Assembly: GCA_027064305.1 (NCBI GenBank)
Contig: JAMOPY010000040.1
Coordinates: forward strand, 1-56,564
Reading direction: 5' to 3'
DNA from: Methanobacteriota archaeon
GTDB taxonomy: Archaea; JAADCQ01; Methanopyri; Methanopyrales; Methanopyraceae
DNA length: 56,564 bases
The position numbers and the translations under genes are program-made. The notes below the pieces were generated by a model that ran no database searches, was not told where the DNA came from, and saw only the letters and a program-made list of their open reading frames with translations. Of this stretch, positions 26,806-35,086 are shown piece after piece; the first letter of the stretch is position 1, and every line of letters begins with the position of its first letter.

Positions 26806-28719
26806 TCAGATACCCAGGCGCTTCCGCTTCTCCTCGATCTTGTCGGCCAGGATCTCGGCGGCCTTCTCCATGTCCGTCTCGATGATCAGCTCGCCTCCGG
26901 TGAGATCCGGCAGGTCCTCGGTCAGCGTCTTCGTGACCACCTCGCTGCCGGTCACGGGCGGGACCGGGCTCACGTGCAGCGTGAGTCCCAGCGCCAGGGC
27001 CGAGGACGCGTCCGCCAGCGCCTGTTCCTCGAGCCACTGCGGCGCGCTCGCGACGGCCGGGACGTCCGGGATGTCGATCTCTTCGCCGGTCTGCTCCCGG
27101 AGGATCTCGGCGATCTCGAAGACCAGGTGCTCGATCTTACCGATCGCGAGGCACGGTCCGTAGTGGAGCACGGGCGGAATGCCCAGGTCCTCGCAGACCT
27201 GTCGGAGGTTCTCACCGGCGAGCTCGGCCGCCTCGGGGTTGAACAGGCCGGCGTTGGCCAGGGCGCCGTTCACGCAGCCGGCGCCGAGGACGAGGATGTC
27301 CCGCTTGATCATCTCCTTGGCCAGCGTGGCGGCCGGCACGTTGTGCCCACCGCTGGCCAGGTTCGTGCAGCCCACGATCGCGCAGACGCCGCGGATGGTG
27401 CCCTCCTGGATCAGCTTGAGCACGTTCTCCCAGCCGACCGCCTCCTCGATGGAGAAGTAGCCGAAGCCCACCACGTTCTCGTGCCGGTGCTCGGGCTCCA
27501 GGATCTTGTCCTCGTGCTTCGAGCGGCGCTCCTTGAACGCCTCGATGGCCCGCCTCACGGCCTCCTCGGCCACCTCCTCCGCGCGCTCCGGGTCCCACAG
27601 GATCAGCTCCGCGCCCCACACCTTGGCCACGTCGTCCACGGCGACCAGCTTGACGTCCAGCTTCTCCCCGTAGAACTTCAGGCCCGGGAACGTGCAGTTG
27701 AACTCGCTCACGATCGCGTCCACGAGGCCCGTCGCGGCCAGGGCCTCCGTCGTGAAGTTGTTGCCCGCGAAGCCCGCGTACGTGTCCGGCAGGTGCTCCG
27801 CGCGCGCCTCGAAGTCGTCACCGACGCACGTCGCCCCGATGATCCGGATCCCCTTGGCCCCGGCCTTCTTGGCCTCCTCCTCCAGCCGCTCGGCGGCGTC
27901 CGTGAGGTACTTCTGCAGGGACATCTGGTGCCCGGTGACCATGATGTTCACGTAGTCCGGGTCCAGGATGCCCGGGCCGCCCTCCGTCTTCGTGATCCGC
28001 GGGCTCCCGAAGAGGATGTCGTTGATCGTTTCCACGCCGAACAGGGAGACCGGGCCCGTGATCAGGCCCAGCCGGAGCACGTGCAGGAGCATGTCCTCCG
28101 GGTCCGAGTTCAGGTTCGTGCTCGTCTTCACCAGCGCGTCGTGAATCTCGGCCTTGGCGCCGCCCGGGATCAGCCCCATCTCCTCGTACATCTCGACCCG
28201 CCAGTCCGGCACGACGGCCTTGAACACCTCCGACTCCTCGTACCGGGGCCGGTAGATGTCCTCCAGGATGAAGTCCGCGATCTCCTCCGCCACGTCCTCG
28301 GGCTTGCCCGAGGCGTCTAGCCCGTACACCTCCGCCGCGTGCCGCAGGGCCTCCTCGTCCGCGACCTCGTACGGGGAGTCCTCGTCCGCCACGGACTTCA
28401 GGGCCCGCGCCGCGTTCTCCAGGCAGTGCACGTAGCACGCGGCGCCCGCGGCCACGTGCCGGAGGAAGTTGCGCGCCACGATCACGTCCGCCGTGGCGCC
28501 GCACACGCCGCGCGGCGTCTTCTCCGTGATCCGACAGGGACCGTTCGAGCAGATGTTGCACCACACGCCCTGCTTACCGTACGGGCACTTCGGGAACTGC
28601 ACCGGCCACCGGATGTGCGGGGTCTCGATCTCCGGGATCTCCTCGTTCAGCCGCTTCGCGTGCTCAACCAGCTCGCGGACGACCTCGTCCGTGTACGGGC
28701 ACCGCTCCTCCTCCGACAT
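26806..28719 (-). CDS. cooS: CooS-type Ni-CODH homologue with atypical catalytic residues
   Basis: CPYGKQGVWCNICSNGPC, RGVCGA, TGHQ, ATCVG, FNCTFP, VGCTN, GAGC, YGPC, PQWLEEQA. Confidence 0.93.
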   Translation of the reverse strand: MSEEERCPYTDEVVRELVEHAKRLNEEIPEIETPHIRWPVQFPKCPYGKQGVWCNICSNGPCRITEKTPRGVCGATADVIVARNFLRHVAAGAACYVHCLENAARALKSVADEDSPYEVADEEALRHAAEVYGLDASGKPEDVAEEIADFILEDIYRPRYEESEVFKAVVPDWRVEMYEEMGLIPGGAKAEIHDALVKTSTNLNSDPEDMLLHVLRLGLITGPVSLFGVETINDILFGSPRITKTEGGPGILDPDYVNIMVTGHQMSLQKYLTDAAERLEEEAKKAGAKGIRIIGATCVGDDFEARAEHLPDTYAGFAGNNFTTEALAATGLVDAIVSEFNCTFPGLKFYGEKLDVKLVAVDDVAKVWGAELILWDPERAEEVAEEAVRRAIEAFKERRSKHEDKILEPEHRHENVVGFGYFSIEEAVGWENVLKLIQEGTIRGVCAIVGCTNLASGGHNVPAATLAKEMIKRDILVLGAGCVNGALANAGLFNPEAAELAGENLRQVCEDLGIPPVLHYGPCLAIGKIEHLVFEIAEILREQTGEEIDIPDVPAVASAPQWLEEQALADASSALALGLTLHVSPVPPVTGSEVVTKTLTEDLPDLTGGELIIETDMEKAAEILADKIEEKRKRLGI

Positions 28720-28743
28720 GGAGATCCCCCGAGGCTCGGGGTA

Positions 28744-28803
28744 TGTTCGACCCGTATCGAACAGGGGGCCCGCCAATATAAATTTTTCGAACACCATCGA
28801 ACG
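28744..28803. promoter_or_regulatory. cooS promoter with two MsvR-like boxes flanking the TATA
   Basis: TGTTCGA-N6-TCGAACA (28744-28763), minus-strand TTTATA (28783-28778), TTTTCGA-N6-TCGAACG (28784-28803). Confidence 0.8.
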
Positions 28804-28846
28804 GCCGAATCCACTACACTACCGTTAAGGTGGAGTACAACCAACG

Positions 28847-29617
28847 TTACTTATCGGTCGCGGTCCGGCCCTCACCGAGCGCCCGCTCCAGCGCCCGGAG
28901 CGCCGCCCGGATGTGCAGCCGGGCCCCCACGTGCAGCGGGGTGTCACCCAGCCTCTCGTCCACCTCCATCGACGCCGTGCACGGGAAGGAGTGATGCGCC
29001 TCGAACGCCGCCTCCCTCACCGCCTCCGGCTCCGCGTCCACGCCCACCAGCCTCCGGGCCACGAACCACGTGCACCCGCACGGGGCCGACCGGATCACGC
29101 CGGCCCCCACCACGACCCCGCCCTCCACCCTCAGGGACAGTCGAGGGCGCCCGATCCGCCCCCTCTCGCAGAACCGCTCGGTCACGGGGCCGGGCGGCTC
29201 CAGGTCGCACCCCGGTCGGGCGATGGTGAGCTCCACCCCGGCCCCCTCGCAGGCCTCCCTCAGCCGATCCTCCGTCCACGGGTCGATCCAGTCGGGCGCC
29301 TCGACGGGAACGATCAGGGCCCGGATCTCGTACCGCTCCGGCAGCTCCATCAGCAGGTCGGGGTGCAGCCGGACCGCCAGCAGCACGTCGACCCGGGGCA
29401 GCTCGGGCAGGTACTCGTCCGGATCCTCGAGCATCTCGGGCAGCTCTTCGGGCCCGGGGAGCCGCTCCGCGGTGACCAGGTCGTCGAGCAGGGAGTACTC
29501 CCCGTACTTGCACCCGTCGCACGCGGATCCGCAGGCGCGGCAGTGACCGGGCTCGTTCACCAGGTTGGAGATCACCCTCTCCCCGAACGGGTGGGAGTAG
29601 AGGACGGCGAAGCGCAC
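28847..29617 (-). CDS. DUF166-family protein
   Basis: FGERVISNL, CRACGSACDGC, LHPD, SAPCGCTWFVA, HHSFPCTASM. Confidence 0.75.
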   Translation of the reverse strand: MRFAVLYSHPFGERVISNLVNEPGHCRACGSACDGCKYGEYSLLDDLVTAERLPGPEELPEMLEDPDEYLPELPRVDVLLAVRLHPDLLMELPERYEIRALIVPVEAPDWIDPWTEDRLREACEGAGVELTIARPGCDLEPPGPVTERFCERGRIGRPRLSLRVEGGVVVGAGVIRSAPCGCTWFVARRLVGVDAEPEAVREAAFEAHHSFPCTASMEVDERLGDTPLHVGARLHIRAALRALERALGEGRTATDK

Positions 29618-29667
29618 CCCTCTCACCCCGGGGTTCGGCCTCACGATCCTTCCGCCGCCCCGGATTA

Positions 29668-29688
29668 TCGTTTTGATAATCATAACGA
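29668..29688. repeat. 21-bp palindrome, copy 6 (TCGTTTTG ATAAT CATAACGA)
   Basis: 24 nt past the stop of the rubrerythrin-like gene. Confidence 0.7.
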
Positions 29689-29712
29689 TTCGCCCGGTGG
29701 GGGGGAAGGGGC

Positions 29713-30099
29713 CTACTCCTTCAGCCGCTCCAGGGCCGCCTCCAGCATCTTCTTGTGGTGCTTCTCGTCGTAGGCCGTGGCCTTCAGGATGGTGATCACC
29801 TCGTCGTCCAGCTCGTCGGAGTGGTGGTCCGCCTCGTCCATCCTCGTCTCGTGGGCGTTCTGCTCGCCCTCGATCATCTCCTCCATCTTCTCGATCAGCC
29901 CGTCCAGGCTGTTCTCCACCTTACCGGCGATCAGCGCCGCGGCGGCCGCGTGCCGGGCCTCGTCCATGGCGATCTGCTCCAGTAGGTCGGCCACGTCCGG
30001 GTAGCCCTGCTCCCGCGCGACGATGGCCATGGCCATGTAGATGCCCACCTCGGTGGTCTCACCCTTGAACCACTCCTCCAGGTACTTCTCGAACTCCAT
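29713..30099 (-). CDS. Rubrerythrin-like/ferritin-like di-iron protein
   Basis: GET.EVGIY.AMA..A..QGYP, DEARH, E, DEKHH di-iron motifs. Confidence 0.88.
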   Translation of the reverse strand: MEFEKYLEEWFKGETTEVGIYMAMAIVAREQGYPDVADLLEQIAMDEARHAAAAALIAGKVENSLDGLIEKMEEMIEGEQNAHETRMDEADHHSDELDDEVITILKATAYDEKHHKKMLEAALERLKE

Positions 30100-30137
30100 G
30101 CTCGGTCCACCCCCAGGCCCGGGGCCGGGCCCTCCCT

Positions 30138-30165
30138 TTTAAACTTTTTCGAATTTGATCGAACA
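30138..30165. promoter_or_regulatory. Promoter of the rubrerythrin-like gene with an MsvR-like box
   Basis: TTTAAA (30138-30143) next to TTTTCGA-N6-TCGAACA (30146-30165). Confidence 0.75.
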
Positions 30166-30281
30166 TTGCCGTGCCCGGTTCGTGAACCAGGGTCCCGATT
30201 CGGGAACCCGGGTGCCCGGTTTTAACGCGTCTTCTTTTTTACCGACCCGAAAGTACCGGGGGAAGGAGGGGGTGCCCCCCG

Positions 30282-30413
30282 ATGGGCCTCGGGCACGTGC
30301 TCTGGGCCCTGGTCGGCTCGGACCGGGAGGAGGGCGAGTCGGAGGAGGAGATGCCCGAGATGTGCTCGGCCCTGCTGGTCCCGCGGGTGATCGAGTCGGA
30401 GGCCCGGGTCTAG
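30282..30413 (+). CDS. Putative 43-aa small protein
   Basis: MGLGHVLWALVGSDREEGESEEEMPEMCSALLVPRVIESEARV; SD-like GGAGGGGGTG upstream, T-tract downstream. Confidence 0.5.
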   Translation: MGLGHVLWALVGSDREEGESEEEMPEMCSALLVPRVIESEARV

Positions 30414-30424
30414 GCCCGGGCCCC

Positions 30425-30440
30425 TTCTTTTTCCTTTTTT
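30425..30440 (+). terminator. Oligo-T terminator-like tract
   Basis: TTCTTTTTCCTTTTTT after the small ORF. Confidence 0.55.
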
Positions 30441-30453
30441 CCTCGCCGGCCCG

Positions 30454-32142
30454 TCACTCCTCGCCCAGGATGTCGCGGAGCTCGCCCCCGGGCGGCACCA
30501 TGGGGATGATCTCGTCCGGGTCGACGAGGACGTCCACCACGACGGTGCCCGGGGCCTCCAGCGCCTCTTCCACGGCCGATTCCAGGTCCGAAGGGTCGTC
30601 GACCAGGATCCCGGTCGCCCCGTACGACTCGGTCAGCTGCACGATGTCCGTGCGCTCGTCGAGCTTGGACTCGGACAGTCGCTCGTCGTAGAACAGGCGC
30701 TGCCACTGGGCGACCATGCCGAGCAGGCGGTTGTCCATGACGAACACCTTCACCTCGATGTCGTTGTCCACGGCCGTGGCCAGCTCCTGCGCGGTCATCA
30801 GGAAGCCGCCGTCCCCGACCACGGCGATCACGGTTTTCTCGGGCGCGGCCACCTTGGCCCCGATCGCGGCCGGTAGCCCGAAGCCCATGGTGCCCAGGCC
30901 GCCGGAGGAGATGAACTGTCGGGGCTCCTCGACGGGGAAGTACCGGGCCATCCACATCTGGTTCTGTCCCACGTCGGTGACGACGATGAAGTCCCGGTCT
31001 CGGAGCGCCTCGTGCAGGACGCGGACGAGCTCCTTCGGGTGCACGCGCTCCCCGGACTCGGTGGGCTCCGGTGGCAGCTCCACCTCGCGCTTGAGCTCCC
31101 GGATCCGGTCGCCCCAGCGCGTTCGGTCCCGGAGGCCCTTTCGGCGCTTCAGCTCCTTGATCAGGTCGCGCAGGACGAGCTTGGCGTCGCCCACGATGGG
31201 GACGTCCGCGGGCACGTTCTTGCCGATCTCGGCCGGGTCGATGTCGACGTGGATGATCTTGGCGTCCGGGGCGAACCCGGAGGGATCGCCGGTGGTGCGG
31301 TCGGAGAAGCGGCAGCCGACGGCGAGGAGCACGTCGCACTCGGTGAGGGCGTAGTTCGCGGCCTTGGTCCCGTGCATGCCGGCCATGCCGAGGGCCAGCG
31401 GGTGGTCCTCCGGGAACGCGCCCTTGCCCATCAGGGTGGTGGCGACGGGGGCGCCCAGGAGCTCCGCGAGCTCCACCAGCTCGCGGGTCGCGTTGGAGAG
31501 GACGCATCCGCCGCCCGCGAGGATGACGGGCCGCTCCGCCTCGGCCAGCAGCTCGGCCGCCCGCCGGATCTGACGCGGGTGCCCCCGCTTGACCACCTTC
31601 AGCCCCTCCACCTCGACCCGACGCGGGATCTCGGCCTCCGTCTCCGCCTCCTGCACGTCCTTGGGCACGTCGATGTGCACGGGCCCCGGGCGGCCCGCGG
31701 TCGCGACCTTGAACGCCTCGCGCACGACCTTGGGGACCTCCTCGGGCCGCCGGATCTGGTAGTTGTGCTTCGTGATCGGCATGAACACGCCCACGGCGTC
31801 GACCTCCTGGAACGCGTCCCGGCCGACCATCTCCGTGGGCACCTGGCCCGTGATCGCGATCACGGGGGAGGAGTCCATGTACGCCGTCGCGATCCCGGTC
31901 ACCAGGTTCGTGGCGCCCGGCCCGGACGTGGCCATGCAGACCCCCGGCTCACCCTTCACCCGCGCGTACCCGTCCGCCGCGTGGGCCGCGCCCTGCTCGT
32001 GCCGGACGAGCACGTGCTCGATGGCGACCTCGTCGTAGATCTCGTCGTACACGGGCAGGATGGCGCCGCCCGGGTACCCGAAGATGTGCCGCACACCCTC
32101 CTCCTTCAGGCACTCCACGAGCAGCCGGGCGCCCGTGGGCAA
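30454..32142 (-). CDS. ilvB: Acetolactate synthase large subunit
   Basis: FGYPGGAILP, RHEQGAAHAADGYAR, TSGPGATN, TDVGQNQMW, GDGGF. Confidence 0.97.
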   Translation of the reverse strand: MPTGARLLVECLKEEGVRHIFGYPGGAILPVYDEIYDEVAIEHVLVRHEQGAAHAADGYARVKGEPGVCMATSGPGATNLVTGIATAYMDSSPVIAITGQVPTEMVGRDAFQEVDAVGVFMPITKHNYQIRRPEEVPKVVREAFKVATAGRPGPVHIDVPKDVQEAETEAEIPRRVEVEGLKVVKRGHPRQIRRAAELLAEAERPVILAGGGCVLSNATRELVELAELLGAPVATTLMGKGAFPEDHPLALGMAGMHGTKAANYALTECDVLLAVGCRFSDRTTGDPSGFAPDAKIIHVDIDPAEIGKNVPADVPIVGDAKLVLRDLIKELKRRKGLRDRTRWGDRIRELKREVELPPEPTESGERVHPKELVRVLHEALRDRDFIVVTDVGQNQMWMARYFPVEEPRQFISSGGLGTMGFGLPAAIGAKVAAPEKTVIAVVGDGGFLMTAQELATAVDNDIEVKVFVMDNRLLGMVAQWQRLFYDERLSESKLDERTDIVQLTESYGATGILVDDPSDLESAVEEALEAPGTVVVDVLVDPDEIIPMVPPGGELRDILGEE

Positions 32143-32143
32143 C

Positions 32144-33415
32144 TCACCCACCCTCCACGAGCACGGGTTCACCGACCCTCCGGGACTCCTCCAGGTCGTA
32201 CACGCGATCCTCCAGGATGAGCCGCGTGGGTCGCCCGTACATCCGGAGCCCGTCGTAGGGGAACTTCCGGTCCTCCTCCATGAGTCTCTCGGCGCTCACC
32301 CGGAACTCCCGGGTCTCCACCACCGCGATCCGGGCCCGCCGGCCGGGGGCCACCTCCCCCAGGTCCTCGCGACCCAGGATCCGGGCCGGGTTCCGGGTGA
32401 TCATGTCCACGGCCCGCCGCAGCGACACCCCGTACCGGCGGTGCAGCGTGAGCGCCGCCGGCAGCAGCAGTCCCCCGGAGGAAACCCCGGAGGGCGCCTC
32501 CTCGAACCGATCCACCCGGGGGTGCGGCGCGTGATCGGTGGCCAGCACGTCCACCCGACCCCGCCGCACCCGCTCCAGCAGCCCGAGCCGTTGCCGCCGG
32601 CCCCGGATCGGCGGGTTCACCTTCAGCGTCGGGTCCCGCGCGTCCACCCTCAGCGTGTCGAAGAATAGGTGGTGCGGGGTCACCTCCACGGTCATTCCGG
32701 CCCGCCGGGCCAGGTCCACGGACTCGGGCAGCGTGGCGTGGCACACGTGCGCCCGACCGCCGACGGCCGAGACCGCCCCCGCCAGCAGCCCCACCGCGGT
32801 CGCCTCCGCCTCCGGGGGACGGTTCAGGTGATGGTCCAGTAGATCGCTCGCCCCGTCCTCGGACACCAGCTCCCCCAGCTCCGCGTGGAAGAGCACCGGC
32901 GCGTCGCCCGCGGCCCGTAGGATCCCGGGCACCTCCGACGGCTCGATGACCGGGGCGTCGGTGGACGGGGCCAGGAAGGCCTCCCCGAGGACGGGCGCCC
33001 CGGCGCTCACCAGCTCTCGCACGTTACCCTTGTCCCTCACGGCCCCGGACACGATGACCTCGATCAGGGCCCTGCGCCGGGCTCGTCTCTCCTTCTCCCG
33101 GAACGTCTCCGCGTCGACCGGGGCGGGCCGGGTGTTGGGCATGTCCACGGCGGTGGCCACGCCGCCGAGCAGCAGGCGCAGGGTCTCCGTCCGGAAGTCG
33201 AAGTCGTAGTCCGGGTGCGGGTCCCGGCAGTGCACGTGCAGGTCGATGGGCGCCGGCAGCGCCACCTCTCCCTCCCGCAGCCGGATCCTCCGGTCCACCT
33301 CCTCGCTGATCGAGCGGGAGACCCGCACGATCCACCCGTTCTCGACCAGCACCTTGGCCTCGACGATCCGACCCCGCCGGTAGACGCGCCCCTCGAGCAG
33401 CAGCCTCATGGTCAT
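32144..33415 (-). CDS. pyrC: Dihydroorotase
   Basis: IDLHVHCRDP, DMPNT, HAE, EVTPHHL, KVNPPIR, ATDHAPH. Confidence 0.92.
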   Translation of the reverse strand: MTMRLLLEGRVYRRGRIVEAKVLVENGWIVRVSRSISEEVDRRIRLREGEVALPAPIDLHVHCRDPHPDYDFDFRTETLRLLLGGVATAVDMPNTRPAPVDAETFREKERRARRRALIEVIVSGAVRDKGNVRELVSAGAPVLGEAFLAPSTDAPVIEPSEVPGILRAAGDAPVLFHAELGELVSEDGASDLLDHHLNRPPEAEATAVGLLAGAVSAVGGRAHVCHATLPESVDLARRAGMTVEVTPHHLFFDTLRVDARDPTLKVNPPIRGRRQRLGLLERVRRGRVDVLATDHAPHPRVDRFEEAPSGVSSGGLLLPAALTLHRRYGVSLRRAVDMITRNPARILGREDLGEVAPGRRARIAVVETREFRVSAERLMEEDRKFPYDGLRMYGRPTRLILEDRVYDLEESRRVGEPVLVEGG

Positions 33416-33891
33416 CAACACCTCAGGGTGGCCTTGAGCGCGTTGGGGTTCAGGAGGAGGTTGAGCGCGTCCTCGGGCCGGGTCACCACCACGTCCGCGG
33501 CGAGAAGGGTGCCGGTGTAGGCCCCCTCGGGACCGAGGACGCAGACGCCCAGGGCCGCGTGGCGCAGCATCAGCTCGTCGTTCGCTCCGTTGCCCACGGC
33601 CGCGCACCGTTCGGGCCCCAGCTCCAGCACGACCTCGCCCTTCCGCCGCCGCTCGTCGCCCGACACCCGCTCCACGCGCACGGAGTCCGATAGCCCGTGC
33701 CGCTCCAGCTCCCGATCCACGGTACCGTACGTATCGGCCGACAGCACCCTGACGTCCACCCGCTCGGCCAGCTCGCGCAGGAGGCGCGCCACCTCCTCGC
33801 TCAGCCGCCCTCCCGCGGCCAACGTCCCGTTGTAGTCCAGCAGCACGTGCTCCACGGTCAGCGTGCCGCGGCCCGGCACCTCCACCCGCAC
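33415..33891 (-). CDS. HAD-family soluble P-type-ATPase-like phosphatase
   Basis: LDYNGTLA, SADTYGT, VGNGAND, LLNPNALKATLR. Confidence 0.88.
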   Translation of the reverse strand: MRVEVPGRGTLTVEHVLLDYNGTLAAGGRLSEEVARLLRELAERVDVRVLSADTYGTVDRELERHGLSDSVRVERVSGDERRRKGEVVLELGPERCAAVGNGANDELMLRHAALGVCVLGPEGAYTGTLLAADVVVTRPEDALNLLLNPNALKATLRC

Positions 33892-35055
33892 CTACAGCAC
33901 CCCCTCTCGGAGGAGCTGGCGCAGCTTGTCCTCGGTCCGAACGTACCTTTTCCTCAGCACCGCGCGGACCCTCCCGTCCTCGTCCCGGTCCACCACCTCG
34001 ACCGAGTGGGTGCCCCCGGTGAGCCGCTTGACGAACTCCTCGTACCGTCGGTACCATCGCATCGAGGCGAAGGTGAGCGGGACCTCCTCCACGGCCCCCT
34101 CCCCGCGCCTCGCCCGCTCCAGCGCGCGGCGGAGGCCCTCCACGATGGCGCGCCCCACGTCCTCCGCCCGGCGCCTCAACTCCTCCTCGTCCTCCTCCCA
34201 CTCGAAGGACTGGAAGCCCTCCCGAATGGTGCGCGTCAGCACGAAGTCCCGGCCCAGGTCGAACGCGAACGTGAACGCCCACTCCAGCTCCTCCACGTGC
34301 GCGGCGTGCGTGGTGTACTTCAGCGGCCCCAGCCGCCGCTCCGGGTCCTTGATCACCACCCCCTCCCGGCCCTCCCGATCCAGCCTCCGGATGATGCGCG
34401 GGATCTCCTCCACCGCCTCGTCGACGCTGAACTCGCCGAAGCACCGAACGCGGCTCAGCCCGTACTCGTCCACGGCTTCCCTCTCCCTGAACGACCAGAA
34501 CCGCCCGTCCAGGTCGCGAACGTCGAACACGAAGAGCCCGACGTCCGGCGCCTCCGGGTACTCCTTCGACACGTACGGGTTCTCCCGCCCCACGAACTCC
34601 GCGCAGACCACGGCGTCCGGGTGATCCTCGAAGAACGCGCGCAGCGCCTCGCCGTACCGCTCCCGGACGCGGTGCGTGGTGTACGGGCAGATCAGCCCGC
34701 CCCGGGTCGCGGCGTAGATCTCGCCCTCCACCTCGAACACGCGCACGTTGTGCCCGTTCATCTTCTCTTCCACGATCACGCGGCCCTCCTCGCCGAACCG
34801 GTGCCGCAGCGCGGGCTCCAGCAGCAGGGCGCGCTCGATCTTCGGGAATCCGCGGACGACCAGGTCGTGCTCGGGCACGACGATCGTCCCGCGCTCGTGG
34901 CCCGAGAAGTCCCGGACGAGCCGGTAGTACTCGAAGTCCGGAAACGACAACCGCACGCGCCGGATCGTGCCCCGCTTCAGCGCCTCCCGGACCTTCCACT
35001 CCTCCGCCCCGAGCAGCTCCGACAGGTAATTAACGCCTTCCTCCGACCCGCTCAC
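33892..35055 (-). CDS. ATP-dependent RNA ligase (Pab1020/Rnl3 family)
   Basis: RGFPKIERA, EEKMNGHNVR, TRGGLICPYTT, EFVG.ENPY, REGVVIK, KYTT. Confidence 0.93.
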   Translation of the reverse strand: MSGSEEGVNYLSELLGAEEWKVREALKRGTIRRVRLSFPDFEYYRLVRDFSGHERGTIVVPEHDLVVRGFPKIERALLLEPALRHRFGEEGRVIVEEKMNGHNVRVFEVEGEIYAATRGGLICPYTTHRVRERYGEALRAFFEDHPDAVVCAEFVGRENPYVSKEYPEAPDVGLFVFDVRDLDGRFWSFREREAVDEYGLSRVRCFGEFSVDEAVEEIPRIIRRLDREGREGVVIKDPERRLGPLKYTTHAAHVEELEWAFTFAFDLGRDFVLTRTIREGFQSFEWEEDEEELRRRAEDVGRAIVEGLRRALERARRGEGAVEEVPLTFASMRWYRRYEEFVKRLTGGTHSVEVVDRDEDGRVRAVLRKRYVRTEDKLRQLLREGVL

Positions 35056-35086
35056 GGTCCCACCCCGGGCGCGGGGCGCTGGGGTC

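Noticed and set aside
28822-28846. Ninth palindrome copy after the DUF166 gene (CCGTTAAG...ACAACC)
   Set aside because: GTT-AAC spacing is off by one and the arms are too degenerate
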